A stretch of 64,000 nt of DNA from Nostoc carneum NIES-2107 (lineage in GTDB: Bacteria > Cyanobacteriota > Cyanobacteriia > Cyanobacteriales > Nostocaceae): the NCBI GenBank assembly GCA_002368155.1, contig AP018180.1, positions 4,199,380 through 4,263,379 of the forward strand, given 5' to 3'. Position numbers and translations under genes: made by a program. Below the pieces are notes generated by a model. That model searched no databases. It saw only the letters and a program-made list of their open reading frames with translations, and was not told the origin of the DNA. Each line of letters begins with the position of its first letter. The first letter of the stretch is position 1. Below, one piece after another: positions 9,894 to 20,733 of this stretch.

Positions 9894-11124
9894 AACAATT
9901 CAAACTATCCCTATTGCTAAACCTTGGATGGGTGAAGCAGAAGCAGAAGCAGCAAAGCGCCCGATTTTAGCTGGATGGGTAACCCAGGGGCCAGAAGTTG
10001 CTGCTTTTGAGCAAGAGTTTGCTACCTATGTAGGGGCAAATTATGCTTGTGCTGTGTCCAATTGCACGACAGCACTGCATTTGGCATTATTAGCTGTTGG
10101 TGTACAACCTGGTGATGAAGTAATTACCGTTAGCCATTCCTATATTGCCACCGCTAACAGCATCCGCTACTGTGGTGCGATTCCAGTGTTTGTGGATATT
10201 GAACCGCAAACATACAACATCAACCCGATGTTAATTGAAGACGTAATTAGCGATTCCCTTCGGGATAGCTCCGCTTCACGCACTCGTGCCATTTTGGTAG
10301 TCCATCAAATTGGAATGCCTTGTGACTTAAAAGCAATTTTAGACATTGCCCGTCGTTACAATTTACCAGTAATTGAAGACGCAGCTTGTGCTATTGGTAG
10401 TGAAATTCTCTGGGATGGACAGTGGGAAAAAATCGGTAAGCCACATGGAGACATAGCTTGTTTTTCTTTCCACCCCCGCAAAATCATCTCTACTGGTGAC
10501 GGTGGAATGCTCACCACCAACAACCCAGAGTGGGACAAGCAATTCCGCCTCTGGCGACAGCATGGAATGAGTGTACCTGACACTGTGCGCCACGGAGCCA
10601 AACAGGTAATATTTGAGTCCTACCCCATGCTAGGGTACAACTACCGTATGACCGATATCCAGGCAGCAGTAGGACGGGAACAACTTAAGCGCTTGCCGGA
10701 AATTGTCGAACGTCGGCGTTACTTGGCACAACGATATCAGGAATTACTAGCAGATATACCAGGGTTAAAGTTACCAACAGAACCAACTTGGGCAAAAAGT
10801 AACTGGCAAAGCTTCTGTGTCCGGATACCAGAGAAATGCGATCAAGTGCAAGTGATGCAAGCAATGTTAGATGCTGGAGTGTCTACCCGACGCGGTATTA
10901 TGTGCACTCATCGTGAGCTTGCTTATCAGAAAGAAGCTTGGTCATGTGGTGTTGTGCAGGCAGATTGTAATTGTGACATCGGAACTTGTCAGCGTTTAAC
11001 TGAAAGTGAACAAGCACAAGAACGGGCGGTTATCTTACCACTATTTCATCAAATGACTGAGCCAGAGCAGGATCGTGTAGTTGACGAGTTGAAGAAGGCA
11101 GTTCAGGTTTCAGTGTCAGTTTAG
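9886..11124 (+). CDS. DegT/DnrJ-family PLP-dependent aminotransferase with a Cys-rich C-terminal extension
   Basis: Segments AGWVTQGPEV..FE.EFA.YVGA, ALHLALLAVGVQPGDEVI, IEDAACAIGSE. The C-terminal ~90 aa contains CGVVQADCNCDIGTC. Confidence 0.75.
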   Translation: MSETIQTIPIAKPWMGEAEAEAAKRPILAGWVTQGPEVAAFEQEFATYVGANYACAVSNCTTALHLALLAVGVQPGDEVITVSHSYIATANSIRYCGAIPVFVDIEPQTYNINPMLIEDVISDSLRDSSASRTRAILVVHQIGMPCDLKAILDIARRYNLPVIEDAACAIGSEILWDGQWEKIGKPHGDIACFSFHPRKIISTGDGGMLTTNNPEWDKQFRLWRQHGMSVPDTVRHGAKQVIFESYPMLGYNYRMTDIQAAVGREQLKRLPEIVERRRYLAQRYQELLADIPGLKLPTEPTWAKSNWQSFCVRIPEKCDQVQVMQAMLDAGVSTRRGIMCTHRELAYQKEAWSCGVVQADCNCDIGTCQRLTESEQAQERAVILPLFHQMTEPEQDRVVDELKKAVQVSVSV

Positions 11125-11140
11125 GAAAGATTACTTAGGG

Positions 11141-12802
11141 GTGAGTATGATGGAAACAATGCCTAAGGATACACTGAGCCTTTGGCGAGAAGAAGGCATT
11201 CGGCAGATTCCGCAAAACTTTGAAGTATTCCGCAGTTTAGTAGCACAAGCAAGAGACTTCACACAACGCGGACAGTATGACGCAGCAGCTGTTTATGGAG
11301 AGATGGCAGCTACTTATGCCAACTTTAGACATTGCGGTATTTATACTAGCCCAGAATTAGAGCAAGTTCTTATTGACATCGGTAGAAAAGTCATATCACA
11401 AGCCTCTGATATCAGCAAAAGCAAAGATATATTAGAAATACCAAAGATAAGCAATATACTGCATATAGCAACATCTGTAGAACCTGTTGGTGGGCTTTCC
11501 AAAATGCTTGGTCGTTGGATTCGGCAAGATACCGAGCGTTCCCATTCCCTAGCTTTAACACGGCAGCTACAGACAGTTGAAGAGCCAAAATTTCTCATAG
11601 ATGCGGTTAGAAATAGTGGTGGCAAAATATACAAACTAGACGAAGTTATTGGCAGTCTCACTGCTCGCGCTCAACGACTCAGCAAAATCGCTGCTACCGC
11701 AGATATGGTTGTACTACATATTTACAATCATGATGTTATTCCAATTATTGCCTTTGCTAATCAAGAACAATCTCCGCCAATTATCTTTTTAAATCACGCC
11801 GATCACACATTTTGGCTGGGAGCTAGCATCAGTGATGTTATTGCTAATCTCAGAGAGTCGGGGATGCGTCTTTCACAAAAGCGCAGAGGAATTGAGACAA
11901 AGCAAAACTTACTGCTTCCTACGATCGTGGAGCCTAATCACAGAGTAGTTTCTCGGCAAGAAGCCAAGAAACTACTTGGTCTTCCAGAAAACAGTGTTGT
12001 ATTGCTTTCTATGGCTAGGGCACTGAAGTACAAAACGATGGATGAAATCAGTTATGCTGATGCTCATGTTCCACTGCTAGAAAAATACCCACAAGCCATT
12101 TTAGTTGTAGTTGGTTCGGGTAATCGGCAGGATTGGTCAAATGCTATCCAGCAAACCAAGGGCAGAATTATCCTGCATCCGCAACGTGAAGATACGGATA
12201 TATTTTACCAAGCTGCTGACATTTATGTTGATTCCTTCCCCTTTGTCTCCATTACATCTCTGCTAGAGGCTGGAACTTACGGTATACCCTTAGTCAGTCG
12301 ATACCCCTACTCCTCAGATGCATGTGAAATTCTGGGTGCTGATATGCCTGGTTTAACTGGTAATTTGATTCATGTGCGGGATATTGAGGAATATACAGCA
12401 GTTTTATCTCGTTTGGTAGAAGATGAAGAATATCGACTAACCCTTGGGGAAGCAACCAGAAAAAAAATTGTGGATACACACACAGCAAATCAATGGCAGC
12501 GTTTTTTAGAAAATCTCTATCATTTGGCTGCTACTGTGCCTAGAGTCAAAAAATCTTCGCTGGCAATAGATCAGATGTTTATTGGCGAACCAGATATTTA
12601 TATACCCAGTGTTCATGGCATGAATTTTGATATAGATTCTCTCATGAAGTTTCACTTAACACTTCTGCCTATTAAAGAACGTTGGAGTCAACTATTTAGA
12701 TTAGCCAAAAAACCTAGTTTTTATAATGAAGGCGATCGTTTGAGTCCGTTTAAATATTTGTTGCCTGAATGGCTACTTTACCGCATTAGAAAGATAATAT
12801 AA
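11141..12802 (+). CDS. Two-domain protein: unknown N-terminal domain plus C-terminal GT-B (GT1/GT4-like) glycosyltransferase
   Basis: C-terminal half has GT4-like segments: LLSMARAL.YK, VVVGSG, ADIYVDSFPF.S.TSLLEAGTYGIPLVS. Confidence 0.55.
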   Translation: MSMMETMPKDTLSLWREEGIRQIPQNFEVFRSLVAQARDFTQRGQYDAAAVYGEMAATYANFRHCGIYTSPELEQVLIDIGRKVISQASDISKSKDILEIPKISNILHIATSVEPVGGLSKMLGRWIRQDTERSHSLALTRQLQTVEEPKFLIDAVRNSGGKIYKLDEVIGSLTARAQRLSKIAATADMVVLHIYNHDVIPIIAFANQEQSPPIIFLNHADHTFWLGASISDVIANLRESGMRLSQKRRGIETKQNLLLPTIVEPNHRVVSRQEAKKLLGLPENSVVLLSMARALKYKTMDEISYADAHVPLLEKYPQAILVVVGSGNRQDWSNAIQQTKGRIILHPQREDTDIFYQAADIYVDSFPFVSITSLLEAGTYGIPLVSRYPYSSDACEILGADMPGLTGNLIHVRDIEEYTAVLSRLVEDEEYRLTLGEATRKKIVDTHTANQWQRFLENLYHLAATVPRVKKSSLAIDQMFIGEPDIYIPSVHGMNFDIDSLMKFHLTLLPIKERWSQLFRLAKKPSFYNEGDRLSPFKYLLPEWLLYRIRKII

Positions 12803-12831
12803 AGCTTTTTTAAAATTTAGAATCATTAATT

Positions 12832-13947
12832 ATGATTAAGATTTTTATGCCTTGTTCTGGTCTTGGTCATGTAAAACGTGGCTTTGAATCTTTCACGCGA
12901 GAATGTTTTGATGCATTAGTAGATGAGCCTTCTATTAAGCTAACCCTATTTAAAGGCGCTGGAGAGTCTAGGGAAAACGAAGTTACTTTATGGAATTTAC
13001 GTCGGAATGACTGGAGAGCTATTCAAATAGGTAAATTAACTGGCAGAACTGGCTACATTATAGAAACAGCTTCATTCTTTTTGAGCTTATTAAAACATAT
13101 ATATCGCGAAAAGCCAGACATAATTTATTTCAGTGATATTAACTTAGGTAATGCACTTTGGCATTGGCGGCGGCTGACAAAAACAAAATATAAACTTTTA
13201 TTTTCTAATGGTTCTCCACAATATCCTCCTTTTCCCCGATGGGATTACATTCAACAATTGACTCCTGCCCTATTCCAACTATCTTTAGATGCTGGAGTGG
13301 CTACAGAAAAGCAGAGTTTAGTGCCTTATGGTTTTAACATTGCACCTCAACTAACAATACTTACTTCCCTAGAAAGAAAAACTTTACGCTCTCAACTGAG
13401 ATTACCTGAAGATCAGCCTCTCATACTTTCCGTAGGATTTATTGATAAATCGCATAAGCGGATGGACTATCTCATTCGTGAAGTTGCTAGCTTACCTGAA
13501 CCAAAACCTTATCTTTTATTGTTAGGACAAAAAGACACAGAATCTTCTGAAGTCATCAACCTCGGTCTTGAATTATTAGGTGCAGATAATTTTCAAGTAA
13601 GGAGTATAGAACAGTCTGAAGTTGATGATTACTATAAAGTCGCAGATGCTTTTGTGCTAGCTTCTTTGCGGGAAGGTTTAGGACGAGTCCTAGTAGAAGC
13701 TATGGCTCATGGTCTACCTTGTCTTGTTCATGATTATGCAATTACTCAATTTGTTTTAGGGGAGTATGGTTATTTTGCTGATTTTCAATTAGAAAATAGT
13801 TTATCAAAGTTAATATATCAGGTACTTAATAATCCTGACAGCAAAGATGAATCTTATCTTCGACACAAAAGTGTTTACGAACGATTTAGTTGGGAGCAAC
13901 TCCGCCCAAAGTATGTTGATATGATTCACAAATGTGCTCAGTCTTAA
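12832..13947 (+). CDS. Glycosyltransferase family 1 (GT4-type)
   Basis: VGFIDKSHKRMDYLI... and DAFVLASLREGLGRVLVEAMAHGLPCLV, a GT4 E-x7-E-like region. Confidence 0.65.
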   Translation: MIKIFMPCSGLGHVKRGFESFTRECFDALVDEPSIKLTLFKGAGESRENEVTLWNLRRNDWRAIQIGKLTGRTGYIIETASFFLSLLKHIYREKPDIIYFSDINLGNALWHWRRLTKTKYKLLFSNGSPQYPPFPRWDYIQQLTPALFQLSLDAGVATEKQSLVPYGFNIAPQLTILTSLERKTLRSQLRLPEDQPLILSVGFIDKSHKRMDYLIREVASLPEPKPYLLLLGQKDTESSEVINLGLELLGADNFQVRSIEQSEVDDYYKVADAFVLASLREGLGRVLVEAMAHGLPCLVHDYAITQFVLGEYGYFADFQLENSLSKLIYQVLNNPDSKDESYLRHKSVYERFSWEQLRPKYVDMIHKCAQS

Positions 13948-13962
13948 CCTTTAAATTACTCT

Positions 13963-15150
13963 ATGAAAGTTTGTTGGCTACTGCCTAACGATAAAAGTGG
14001 GGGTATATCTCCTGTTGTATTATCCTGTTGTCGTCAAGCTGCACAAGCTGGACACAAAACCACAATGTTGTTTCTCAATAAACCTTCGTGGCTTACTAGT
14101 AATCAGTTTCAAGTATCATCTTTAGGTTTACCCAATGGTGCGACAGAAACACCAAAAATGCTGCTGCAATGGTTAGAACAAAATCCTCAAGATGTGTTAT
14201 TTTTTAACGGCTGTGAGGAATTTGATGTAATTATTCCTTACGTACCTGCCAAGATTAAATGTGTTTATGTTGTCCATGATACAGCTCCTTCTTACTGGTT
14301 AAGAGCTATAGCACAAGAGGACGATTTAGAAGCAATTGTGGCTGTATCTGAGACTGTAGCAACTAAGTTTCGGCATCAGTTAAAATACCCAGATAAATTA
14401 TCTGTAATTTATAATGGTTGTATTTTTCCGGGAATCGAAAATTTAAATTATGTTAGGCAAGATGATTTAGTTTTTTTAGGTGGTGAAAATCTCACCAAGG
14501 GAGCCTTTGATGTTCTAAATTTATGGAAATATCTGATTAAATTGGGTTTTAAAGGCAAGCTGCACTGGTTTGGCAATATTACACCAAAATTTATTAGTAA
14601 AATTAGGCAATTACCTAATTCTGAGCAAATTAAAATTTATGGTTATGTGCCAAGAGATGTAATTTTCTCCATTGCTGCATCAGCAAAAGTTATCCTGATG
14701 CTAAGTAGAGTTGAACCCTTTGGGATGGCCACTATTGAAGCAATGGGTATGGGATGTATACCAGTTGCTTGGGATGTGGAAACTGGTACTAAAGAAATAG
14801 CTACAGCCAATGAAACAGCATTATTTGCTCCTTTAGGTAACACCCATAATTTAGCTCAGAAAGTTATCTTTGCTTGTGAGAACTATCAAGTTTTCAATGA
14901 TGCTGTGATTGAATGTGCTAGGTCAAAATTTAATGAAACAGTAATGTGGAAAGGCTATGAATCTTTGATTGAGAAAATTTCTACTCTTCCAGCCATAAAT
15001 AGAAATAAACAAGGTCAACAACCAGCTGCTTATCAACCCCCCGTCCGCCGGTTTCAACTGTTACCTACTGGTTTACGTTCTGCAATTAGAGAATTAATTG
15101 GGCGATCGCCTACTCTTGGTTACTTGGTACGTGATTTGCGAGGCTGGTAA
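13963..15150 (+). CDS. Glycosyltransferase family 1 (GT4-type)
   Basis: LMLSRVEPFGMATIEAMGMGCIPVAWD motif. Confidence 0.65.
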   Translation: MKVCWLLPNDKSGGISPVVLSCCRQAAQAGHKTTMLFLNKPSWLTSNQFQVSSLGLPNGATETPKMLLQWLEQNPQDVLFFNGCEEFDVIIPYVPAKIKCVYVVHDTAPSYWLRAIAQEDDLEAIVAVSETVATKFRHQLKYPDKLSVIYNGCIFPGIENLNYVRQDDLVFLGGENLTKGAFDVLNLWKYLIKLGFKGKLHWFGNITPKFISKIRQLPNSEQIKIYGYVPRDVIFSIAASAKVILMLSRVEPFGMATIEAMGMGCIPVAWDVETGTKEIATANETALFAPLGNTHNLAQKVIFACENYQVFNDAVIECARSKFNETVMWKGYESLIEKISTLPAINRNKQGQQPAAYQPPVRRFQLLPTGLRSAIRELIGRSPTLGYLVRDLRGW

Positions 15151-15159
15151 TTTTTTAGA

Positions 15160-16299
15160 TTGAAATTTATGGGAAAACTCAGTTTTCTATATTTAGGTGC
15201 CAATAGTCCTTGGACTTATGGGATGGCAGAAGCTTTAGCTCAAAATCACCTGACCTATGCAGTGCAGTTTTATGATTGGCGCACCTATCGCATCTTACGC
15301 CCCCAGTGGTCTAGCCGTAAACCGCCATCTCTATTAAAGAGGTCAATGCATGTATTACCTGCTGGTTATGCAGGAAGATTAGAAAAAATATTCCGCTTTT
15401 ATCTGCAATATTTAATACATAATTGGTGTCAGCAACTCAAAGGAATTACTGGAGAATATCCTTGGGTGATAGCATCAGAACCTTATTTTACTCCTTGGTT
15501 GCGGAAAGTATTTAGAGAAAAATTAATATATTACAATTTTGATGATTACACGCTTTATCGGCCTGAGCAAAAAGATAAAATTATCGCACAAGAGCAGGAA
15601 TTAATTACAAGGGCAAATATAACCCTATGTGCTTCCTATACTCAAATGGCAACACTAAGAGAACGACATCCTCATCAAGCGTCTCAGATTCATCATTATC
15701 CTCATGGGTTTGTTGAAAACTACCTCAACCCTCAACCGGAAAACTCTCCAGAACCGATGACAGTAGGTTATGTCGGAAACTTAGGTGATCGCTTAAACTG
15801 GCAATTAATTTACCAAATTATTACAGCTTGTCCCGAAGTCACATTTGTGTTTGTGGGTGGTTTAGACGAGCAAATAATGCTAGACCAAGGAAATTGGCAG
15901 ACAACTCGTCAAGCAGTGCTAGCCTTGCCTAATGTTCGCCATATCGGCAAAGTTCCGTCTGACGAAGTAGCAAAACATTACTGGTCTTTTGCTGTCAATT
16001 GGATTCCTTACATAGTGGAACACCCATTTAACCAAGCAGCTTGTCCTACCAAAATCATGGATGGTATAGCCAGTGGTCACCCAATTTTAAGCACTGATAT
16101 ACCAGAGTGTCGTTTATATTCTGACTGGATTAGCATTTTCCACAATGCTGAAGATGCGATCGCTCTCATTCGCCAGCAATTAGCCTGTTCAATGAAGCCA
16201 CAAGCATATGAGAAAGCTTTAAAGCAGCTAGAATTTGCTCAACAACATACCTGGCAACAACGCGCTCATACTCTGGAAAATTTGTTATTGAGATCGTAG
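15160..16299 (+). CDS. Putative glycosyltransferase (GT-B-like), weak assignment
   Basis: Size and position within a run of GT genes. Segments GYVGNLGDRLNW and VTFVFVGG resemble a GT-B C-terminal domain. Confidence 0.4.
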   Translation: MKFMGKLSFLYLGANSPWTYGMAEALAQNHLTYAVQFYDWRTYRILRPQWSSRKPPSLLKRSMHVLPAGYAGRLEKIFRFYLQYLIHNWCQQLKGITGEYPWVIASEPYFTPWLRKVFREKLIYYNFDDYTLYRPEQKDKIIAQEQELITRANITLCASYTQMATLRERHPHQASQIHHYPHGFVENYLNPQPENSPEPMTVGYVGNLGDRLNWQLIYQIITACPEVTFVFVGGLDEQIMLDQGNWQTTRQAVLALPNVRHIGKVPSDEVAKHYWSFAVNWIPYIVEHPFNQAACPTKIMDGIASGHPILSTDIPECRLYSDWISIFHNAEDAIALIRQQLACSMKPQAYEKALKQLEFAQQHTWQQRAHTLENLLLRS

Positions 16300-16308
16300 G
16301 AATAGACT

Positions 16309-17991
16309 ATGCAGCGTCGTAAATTTTTCAGCTTGTTTGGATTAAGCTCTTTGACAAGTCTTTTATCTGTTCTCTTGACAAATTATCTATCAAAAGCAGC
16401 GCAGAGACTTACTCATAAAACTAATATTGCACAAATTGAAAACTTACCAATAAATTACGTAAATGTCAGGGCTTTTGGCCCACTTATTAGTGGTATTACT
16501 AATCTAGACTATATTATTAAAGCTAATACAGAAACTATTCAAATTGCTATCAATACAGTAGGTGCAAATGGTGGAGGAAGTATATATATACCTCAAGGAA
16601 TATATCAAATAGCACCACCTAATTTTAGTACTCAAGAGCCGTGTTCGCTGTTAATTAACTATGACAATATTACTTTGTTTGGTGATGGAATTGGTAAAAC
16701 CATTCTTCAAAGTCGAGGAGATTACTCCTTAATCGCTGGGAAAGTTGTTAGGGGTCATGGAATATTAATTAAAGGAACGCTTGATCCATTTAATCCAAGG
16801 AAAAACGTCAGCATTAAAAATTTAGAATTAAATGGTGGTATTCCAGGATTTACAGGTAATCGCAATTGGCCTGCTGAGCAGAGTAATGGTGATGGTTGGG
16901 ATCTTACCCACAAAGGTATTGCCTTAGATTTTAATACAAATTTAGACAATATAACTTTAGATTCTATTTCCGTACATGACTTTAGAGGGGAATTGATTTA
17001 CGGTGGTGGAGGGGGAATTAGAAAAGTAACTATATCAAAAACTCAATTAAAGAGTTCTAATGCTTCACTACTCAGTCTAGATGCAGACCTGACAGTTACA
17101 GAATGTGAATTTTCTGAAACTGCTACGGCTTGGGTAGAAAATGCTCCGATAGCTCCCAACAAAAGTTATCAATTTTATAAATGTGTTTTTAAAGATTCTA
17201 TTTATCAGGGTTTAGTGATAGGACAGGGAAATTTTCCCGATAATCACAACAAAATTATTACTGAATGTTCATTTTCAAACTCTCCTGATGGTGTTTGTGC
17301 TTTTAATGGAGTAAGTAATTTAGTCATCAAGAACAACAATTTTAATGATTGTAGAAATTGTTTTATTACTAGCGGCAAAAATCAAAATATAGAATTTTCT
17401 TTTAATAAAATAAAAGGTAATGGAGTAACAGCAGCAAATCTTGCTGGTAATTTAACGAATATATTTATTAAAAATAATGTTCTGACTGCTAGTGATATAG
17501 ATAAAAGAGCTTGTATTTATTATTGGGGTGATTTCCAGAATATAGTTATAGAAGACAATATATTTGAAAACTGTCGTACTCCTGAGCAATCCTCTAGTAT
17601 AACCAATGAGCGCCCATTATTTCGTAATAATAAATACTTCAATGTGGACAGAAGAGACTTACAAGGAAAATCTAACTTTTGGCAAGAGCCTCCATATATT
17701 ATAGAGCCAAAATCTGAAGAGGTTTTAGTTGAGAATAATACAAAAAATAGAGTAATTCAAGTCAGCATGAGTATTGATAAATATGTTGACGGACAGGAGG
17801 TGATGATTATGGTTGATGGTAGCCGTGGACAAATTAAATTTCCTAAAAAATCTAGTAAAATCCAATGTCGAAAAGAGAGATACTTAAGCCATAAAGATGA
17901 CAAATTACAATTAAGATTTCAGAAAGCTGACAATAAGTGGTATGAAATCGCTTATTCAAGTCACACTTCTTCAACCGAGAACAATGTTTGA
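16309..17991 (+). CDS. Tat-signal secreted right-handed parallel beta-helix (pectate-lyase-fold) protein; candidate polysaccharide lyase/epimerase/depolymerase
   Basis: Twin-arginine motif QRRKFFSLFGL near the N-terminus. Repeated Asn/Gly-rich beta-helix rungs (NNNFNDCRNCFITSGKNQNIEFSFNKIKGNG...). Confidence 0.55.
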   Translation: MQRRKFFSLFGLSSLTSLLSVLLTNYLSKAAQRLTHKTNIAQIENLPINYVNVRAFGPLISGITNLDYIIKANTETIQIAINTVGANGGGSIYIPQGIYQIAPPNFSTQEPCSLLINYDNITLFGDGIGKTILQSRGDYSLIAGKVVRGHGILIKGTLDPFNPRKNVSIKNLELNGGIPGFTGNRNWPAEQSNGDGWDLTHKGIALDFNTNLDNITLDSISVHDFRGELIYGGGGGIRKVTISKTQLKSSNASLLSLDADLTVTECEFSETATAWVENAPIAPNKSYQFYKCVFKDSIYQGLVIGQGNFPDNHNKIITECSFSNSPDGVCAFNGVSNLVIKNNNFNDCRNCFITSGKNQNIEFSFNKIKGNGVTAANLAGNLTNIFIKNNVLTASDIDKRACIYYWGDFQNIVIEDNIFENCRTPEQSSSITNERPLFRNNKYFNVDRRDLQGKSNFWQEPPYIIEPKSEEVLVENNTKNRVIQVSMSIDKYVDGQEVMIMVDGSRGQIKFPKKSSKIQCRKERYLSHKDDKLQLRFQKADNKWYEIAYSSHTSSTENNV

Positions 17992-19213
17992 CAAATCTTC
18001 ATCCTGGCTGTGCTGCCAAATAGGTGCGCGAGAACATTATGCTCTGCCTAGAGCTTTACACCAAACAGGAGAACTTACTAACCTCATCACAGATGCTTGG
18101 ATTTCACCGAATTCTGTAATTAATAGATTGCCTCAAGGTTGGTTAACAAATTTGCGGGAACGGTTTCATCCAGATTTAGCCACTGCACCTGTAACATCCT
18201 TTACTGACTCTTTAATTAACTTTGAAATAGCTCAACGAATTCAAAAAACTTCTGGATGGCAGCGTGTGATTGCCAGGAATAACTGGTTTCAAAAACTTGC
18301 ATTACAGTCACTCAAAGAAATCAAACCAAAACTCAAATCTCGCACTATATTATTTTCTTATAGTTATGCCGCTTTAGAACTATTTCGCTATGCTAAATCT
18401 CAAGGTTGGTACACTATTCTAGGTCAAATTGATCCTGGAGAAGTGGAAGAGAAATTAGTTCTAGAAGCACATTCTCAATATCCTGCCTATCAATCTAGTT
18501 ACGAGGCTACACCACCCAATTATTGGCAAAATTGGCAAGAAGAATGTTTATTAGCTGACAAGATTTTAGTTAACTCTAATTGGTCAAATCAAGCATTACA
18601 GCAATTAGGTATACCTGAAGATAAAATTAACATCATTCCGCTTGCCTATCAACCACCAATCGAAGCACATAATTTTGTACGTACCTATCCGGCTAACTTT
18701 TCGGCAGAACGTCCTCTGAGAGTGCTATTTTTAGGGCAAGTCATCTTGCGAAAAGGTATTGCTGTACTGTTAGAAGCAGCAGAAATTTTACATAGTGAAC
18801 CAATTGAATTTTGGATAGTTGGTTCTCAGGGTATTCCTCTACCTCCAGATTCTCATTCCAAGATAAATTGGGTAGGTGCAGTGTCTAGAAGTGCCACAGC
18901 CAGGTATTATCAAATGGCAGATGTATTTATATTTCCTACTCTCTCTGATGGATTTGGAATTACACAACTAGAAGCACAGGCTTGGAATCTACCCATAATT
19001 GCTTCCAAATTTTGTGGTGAAGTAGTGAGAGATAACATTAATGGATTAATTTTGCCAGAAGTGACAGCATCTGCGATCGCACAGAAGTTGCGATTTTGCC
19101 TGAATAATCCTCAAAAACTAGAAGCATTATCCCAAAAATCCACCGACACTGCTGTTTTTAATTTGGACAAATTACAGCATTCGCTCCAAATTCTGCCCTA
19201 TGTTGTCTCTTAG
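17942..19213 (+). CDS. Glycosyltransferase family 1 (GT4-type)
   Basis: LRVLFLGQV..RKGI..LLEA and DVFIFPTLSDGFGITQLEAQAWNLPIIAS. An alternative start ATG at 17984 overlaps the upstream stop (ATGTTTGA). Confidence 0.65.
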   Translation: MKSLIQVTLLQPRTMFDKSSSWLCCQIGAREHYALPRALHQTGELTNLITDAWISPNSVINRLPQGWLTNLRERFHPDLATAPVTSFTDSLINFEIAQRIQKTSGWQRVIARNNWFQKLALQSLKEIKPKLKSRTILFSYSYAALELFRYAKSQGWYTILGQIDPGEVEEKLVLEAHSQYPAYQSSYEATPPNYWQNWQEECLLADKILVNSNWSNQALQQLGIPEDKINIIPLAYQPPIEAHNFVRTYPANFSAERPLRVLFLGQVILRKGIAVLLEAAEILHSEPIEFWIVGSQGIPLPPDSHSKINWVGAVSRSATARYYQMADVFIFPTLSDGFGITQLEAQAWNLPIIASKFCGEVVRDNINGLILPEVTASAIAQKLRFCLNNPQKLEALSQKSTDTAVFNLDKLQHSLQILPYVVS

Positions 19214-19320
19214 CTATCAAATTGTACGATTAATTAAAAATCACGATACGTTACAAGAAAAATAACAAAGGGATAAATTTAGCATAATTACTATTAAAGA
19301 AGCATTAATATTAAAATTGC

Positions 19321-20610
19321 ATGGCAGAAGTATATCGAAATATTTTAGTCTGTATATGCTTAGGATTGTTAGTGTGGGGAGTCATTCGCATTGAGCGAAT
19401 TTACCAATACCCATTTTTTATGGGTTGTATGTTTCTTTCCTTTATTTTGCCTCAAGCATTCGCTTTGATAGCAAATCCTGGTACAGGAGTTAGCCCAACA
19501 GTATTAGAAAATGTTTTATTAGTATCATCTATTTGTGCTGCTTCCTGTTGGATAGGCTATCAAATGAAGCCCAATAGGAAGTTGTTAAATTTCATCAATA
19601 TAGAAACCGACGAGCGGAAGTTATTTATAGGGGGAATCATGCTCATGGCAGAGGCATGGTTCTTTAATTTTTTACTTTCTCGGACAACTGTTCAAGTAGC
19701 AGAAAATTATAATTGGACAGGACCTGCCACGATATATCTCTTCTTTATTCAAGCTGGGAATATAGCTTTTGGAATTTTTCTTATACAGGCACTAAAACGT
19801 CCTCGATTTCTAAATATCATTTTTACAGTAATTTCTGGCTGGCCTCTATTTAATAGTGTGCTGATTGGCCGTCGTCAACCAACAATGACATTTGCTATTA
19901 TTATCGGTATTTCATTATTTTTGATTTATCGTTATGTCCCTCCTAGATGGTTAGTTGTCACAGGAATGTTACTAGTAACTTTCCTGATTCCTTTGTTTGG
20001 TGATTTACGTGGAGGTGTTTGGAATTTAATCTTTAGTGGAAATTGGCAGGCAATATTATTTGCAGTAGAGCAATCATTTAGCTCTCAGCAAAAGGGAGAT
20101 TTTTTAGAACTCAGAAATGCAGCATTAATAATTGATGTAGCTAACAAAACAAGTTTATATGGTTTTGGCACTGGATGGTGGGATAGTATAGTTTTTCAAT
20201 TTGTACCAGGACAAATTGTAGGCTTTGACTTTAAAAAATCTCTACAATTTAACTTGTGGGACACCTATGTTATACAACTGAAGAATTTATATGGCTATAT
20301 TCGTCCTAACGGCTCTACAATTACCGGTGTTGGCGATTGCTTTATGGAATTTGGCTACCTGGGATGTTTCATTTATGCGCTAATAGCATATATTTTTAAA
20401 CATCTTTGGATTTGTGGCGTTAATTATAAAAATACTTTCTGCCAAATACTTTATATGGGATTAATTAGCCCAGCTATGATCTGTTTAACGCATGGTGTGG
20501 GAACATTTTTACAACAGGGAATTTTTCAAATTATCTTTATTGGATTAGTAACCTATTACTCGAGGGTTAAATATAAATTACCTACTAGGCTCTATCAGAA
20601 AGCCAGATAA
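19321..20610 (+). CDS. Polytopic membrane protein, probable Wzy-type repeat-unit polymerase / O-antigen ligase-like
   Basis: About 10 or more hydrophobic helices with a large loop. It is the only polytopic membrane protein in the glycan locus. Confidence 0.5.
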   Translation: MAEVYRNILVCICLGLLVWGVIRIERIYQYPFFMGCMFLSFILPQAFALIANPGTGVSPTVLENVLLVSSICAASCWIGYQMKPNRKLLNFINIETDERKLFIGGIMLMAEAWFFNFLLSRTTVQVAENYNWTGPATIYLFFIQAGNIAFGIFLIQALKRPRFLNIIFTVISGWPLFNSVLIGRRQPTMTFAIIIGISLFLIYRYVPPRWLVVTGMLLVTFLIPLFGDLRGGVWNLIFSGNWQAILFAVEQSFSSQQKGDFLELRNAALIIDVANKTSLYGFGTGWWDSIVFQFVPGQIVGFDFKKSLQFNLWDTYVIQLKNLYGYIRPNGSTITGVGDCFMEFGYLGCFIYALIAYIFKHLWICGVNYKNTFCQILYMGLISPAMICLTHGVGTFLQQGIFQIIFIGLVTYYSRVKYKLPTRLYQKAR

Positions 20611-20733
20611 ATCAATATTTATCTAAAAAATTATCTAATTCACAACAATACATTAATATCATTATCTTTTTTGTTAGATAAGATATTTTTTTGTCTTTAC
20701 ATAATTCATTTACAAAAAACTTTCTCATCAAAA

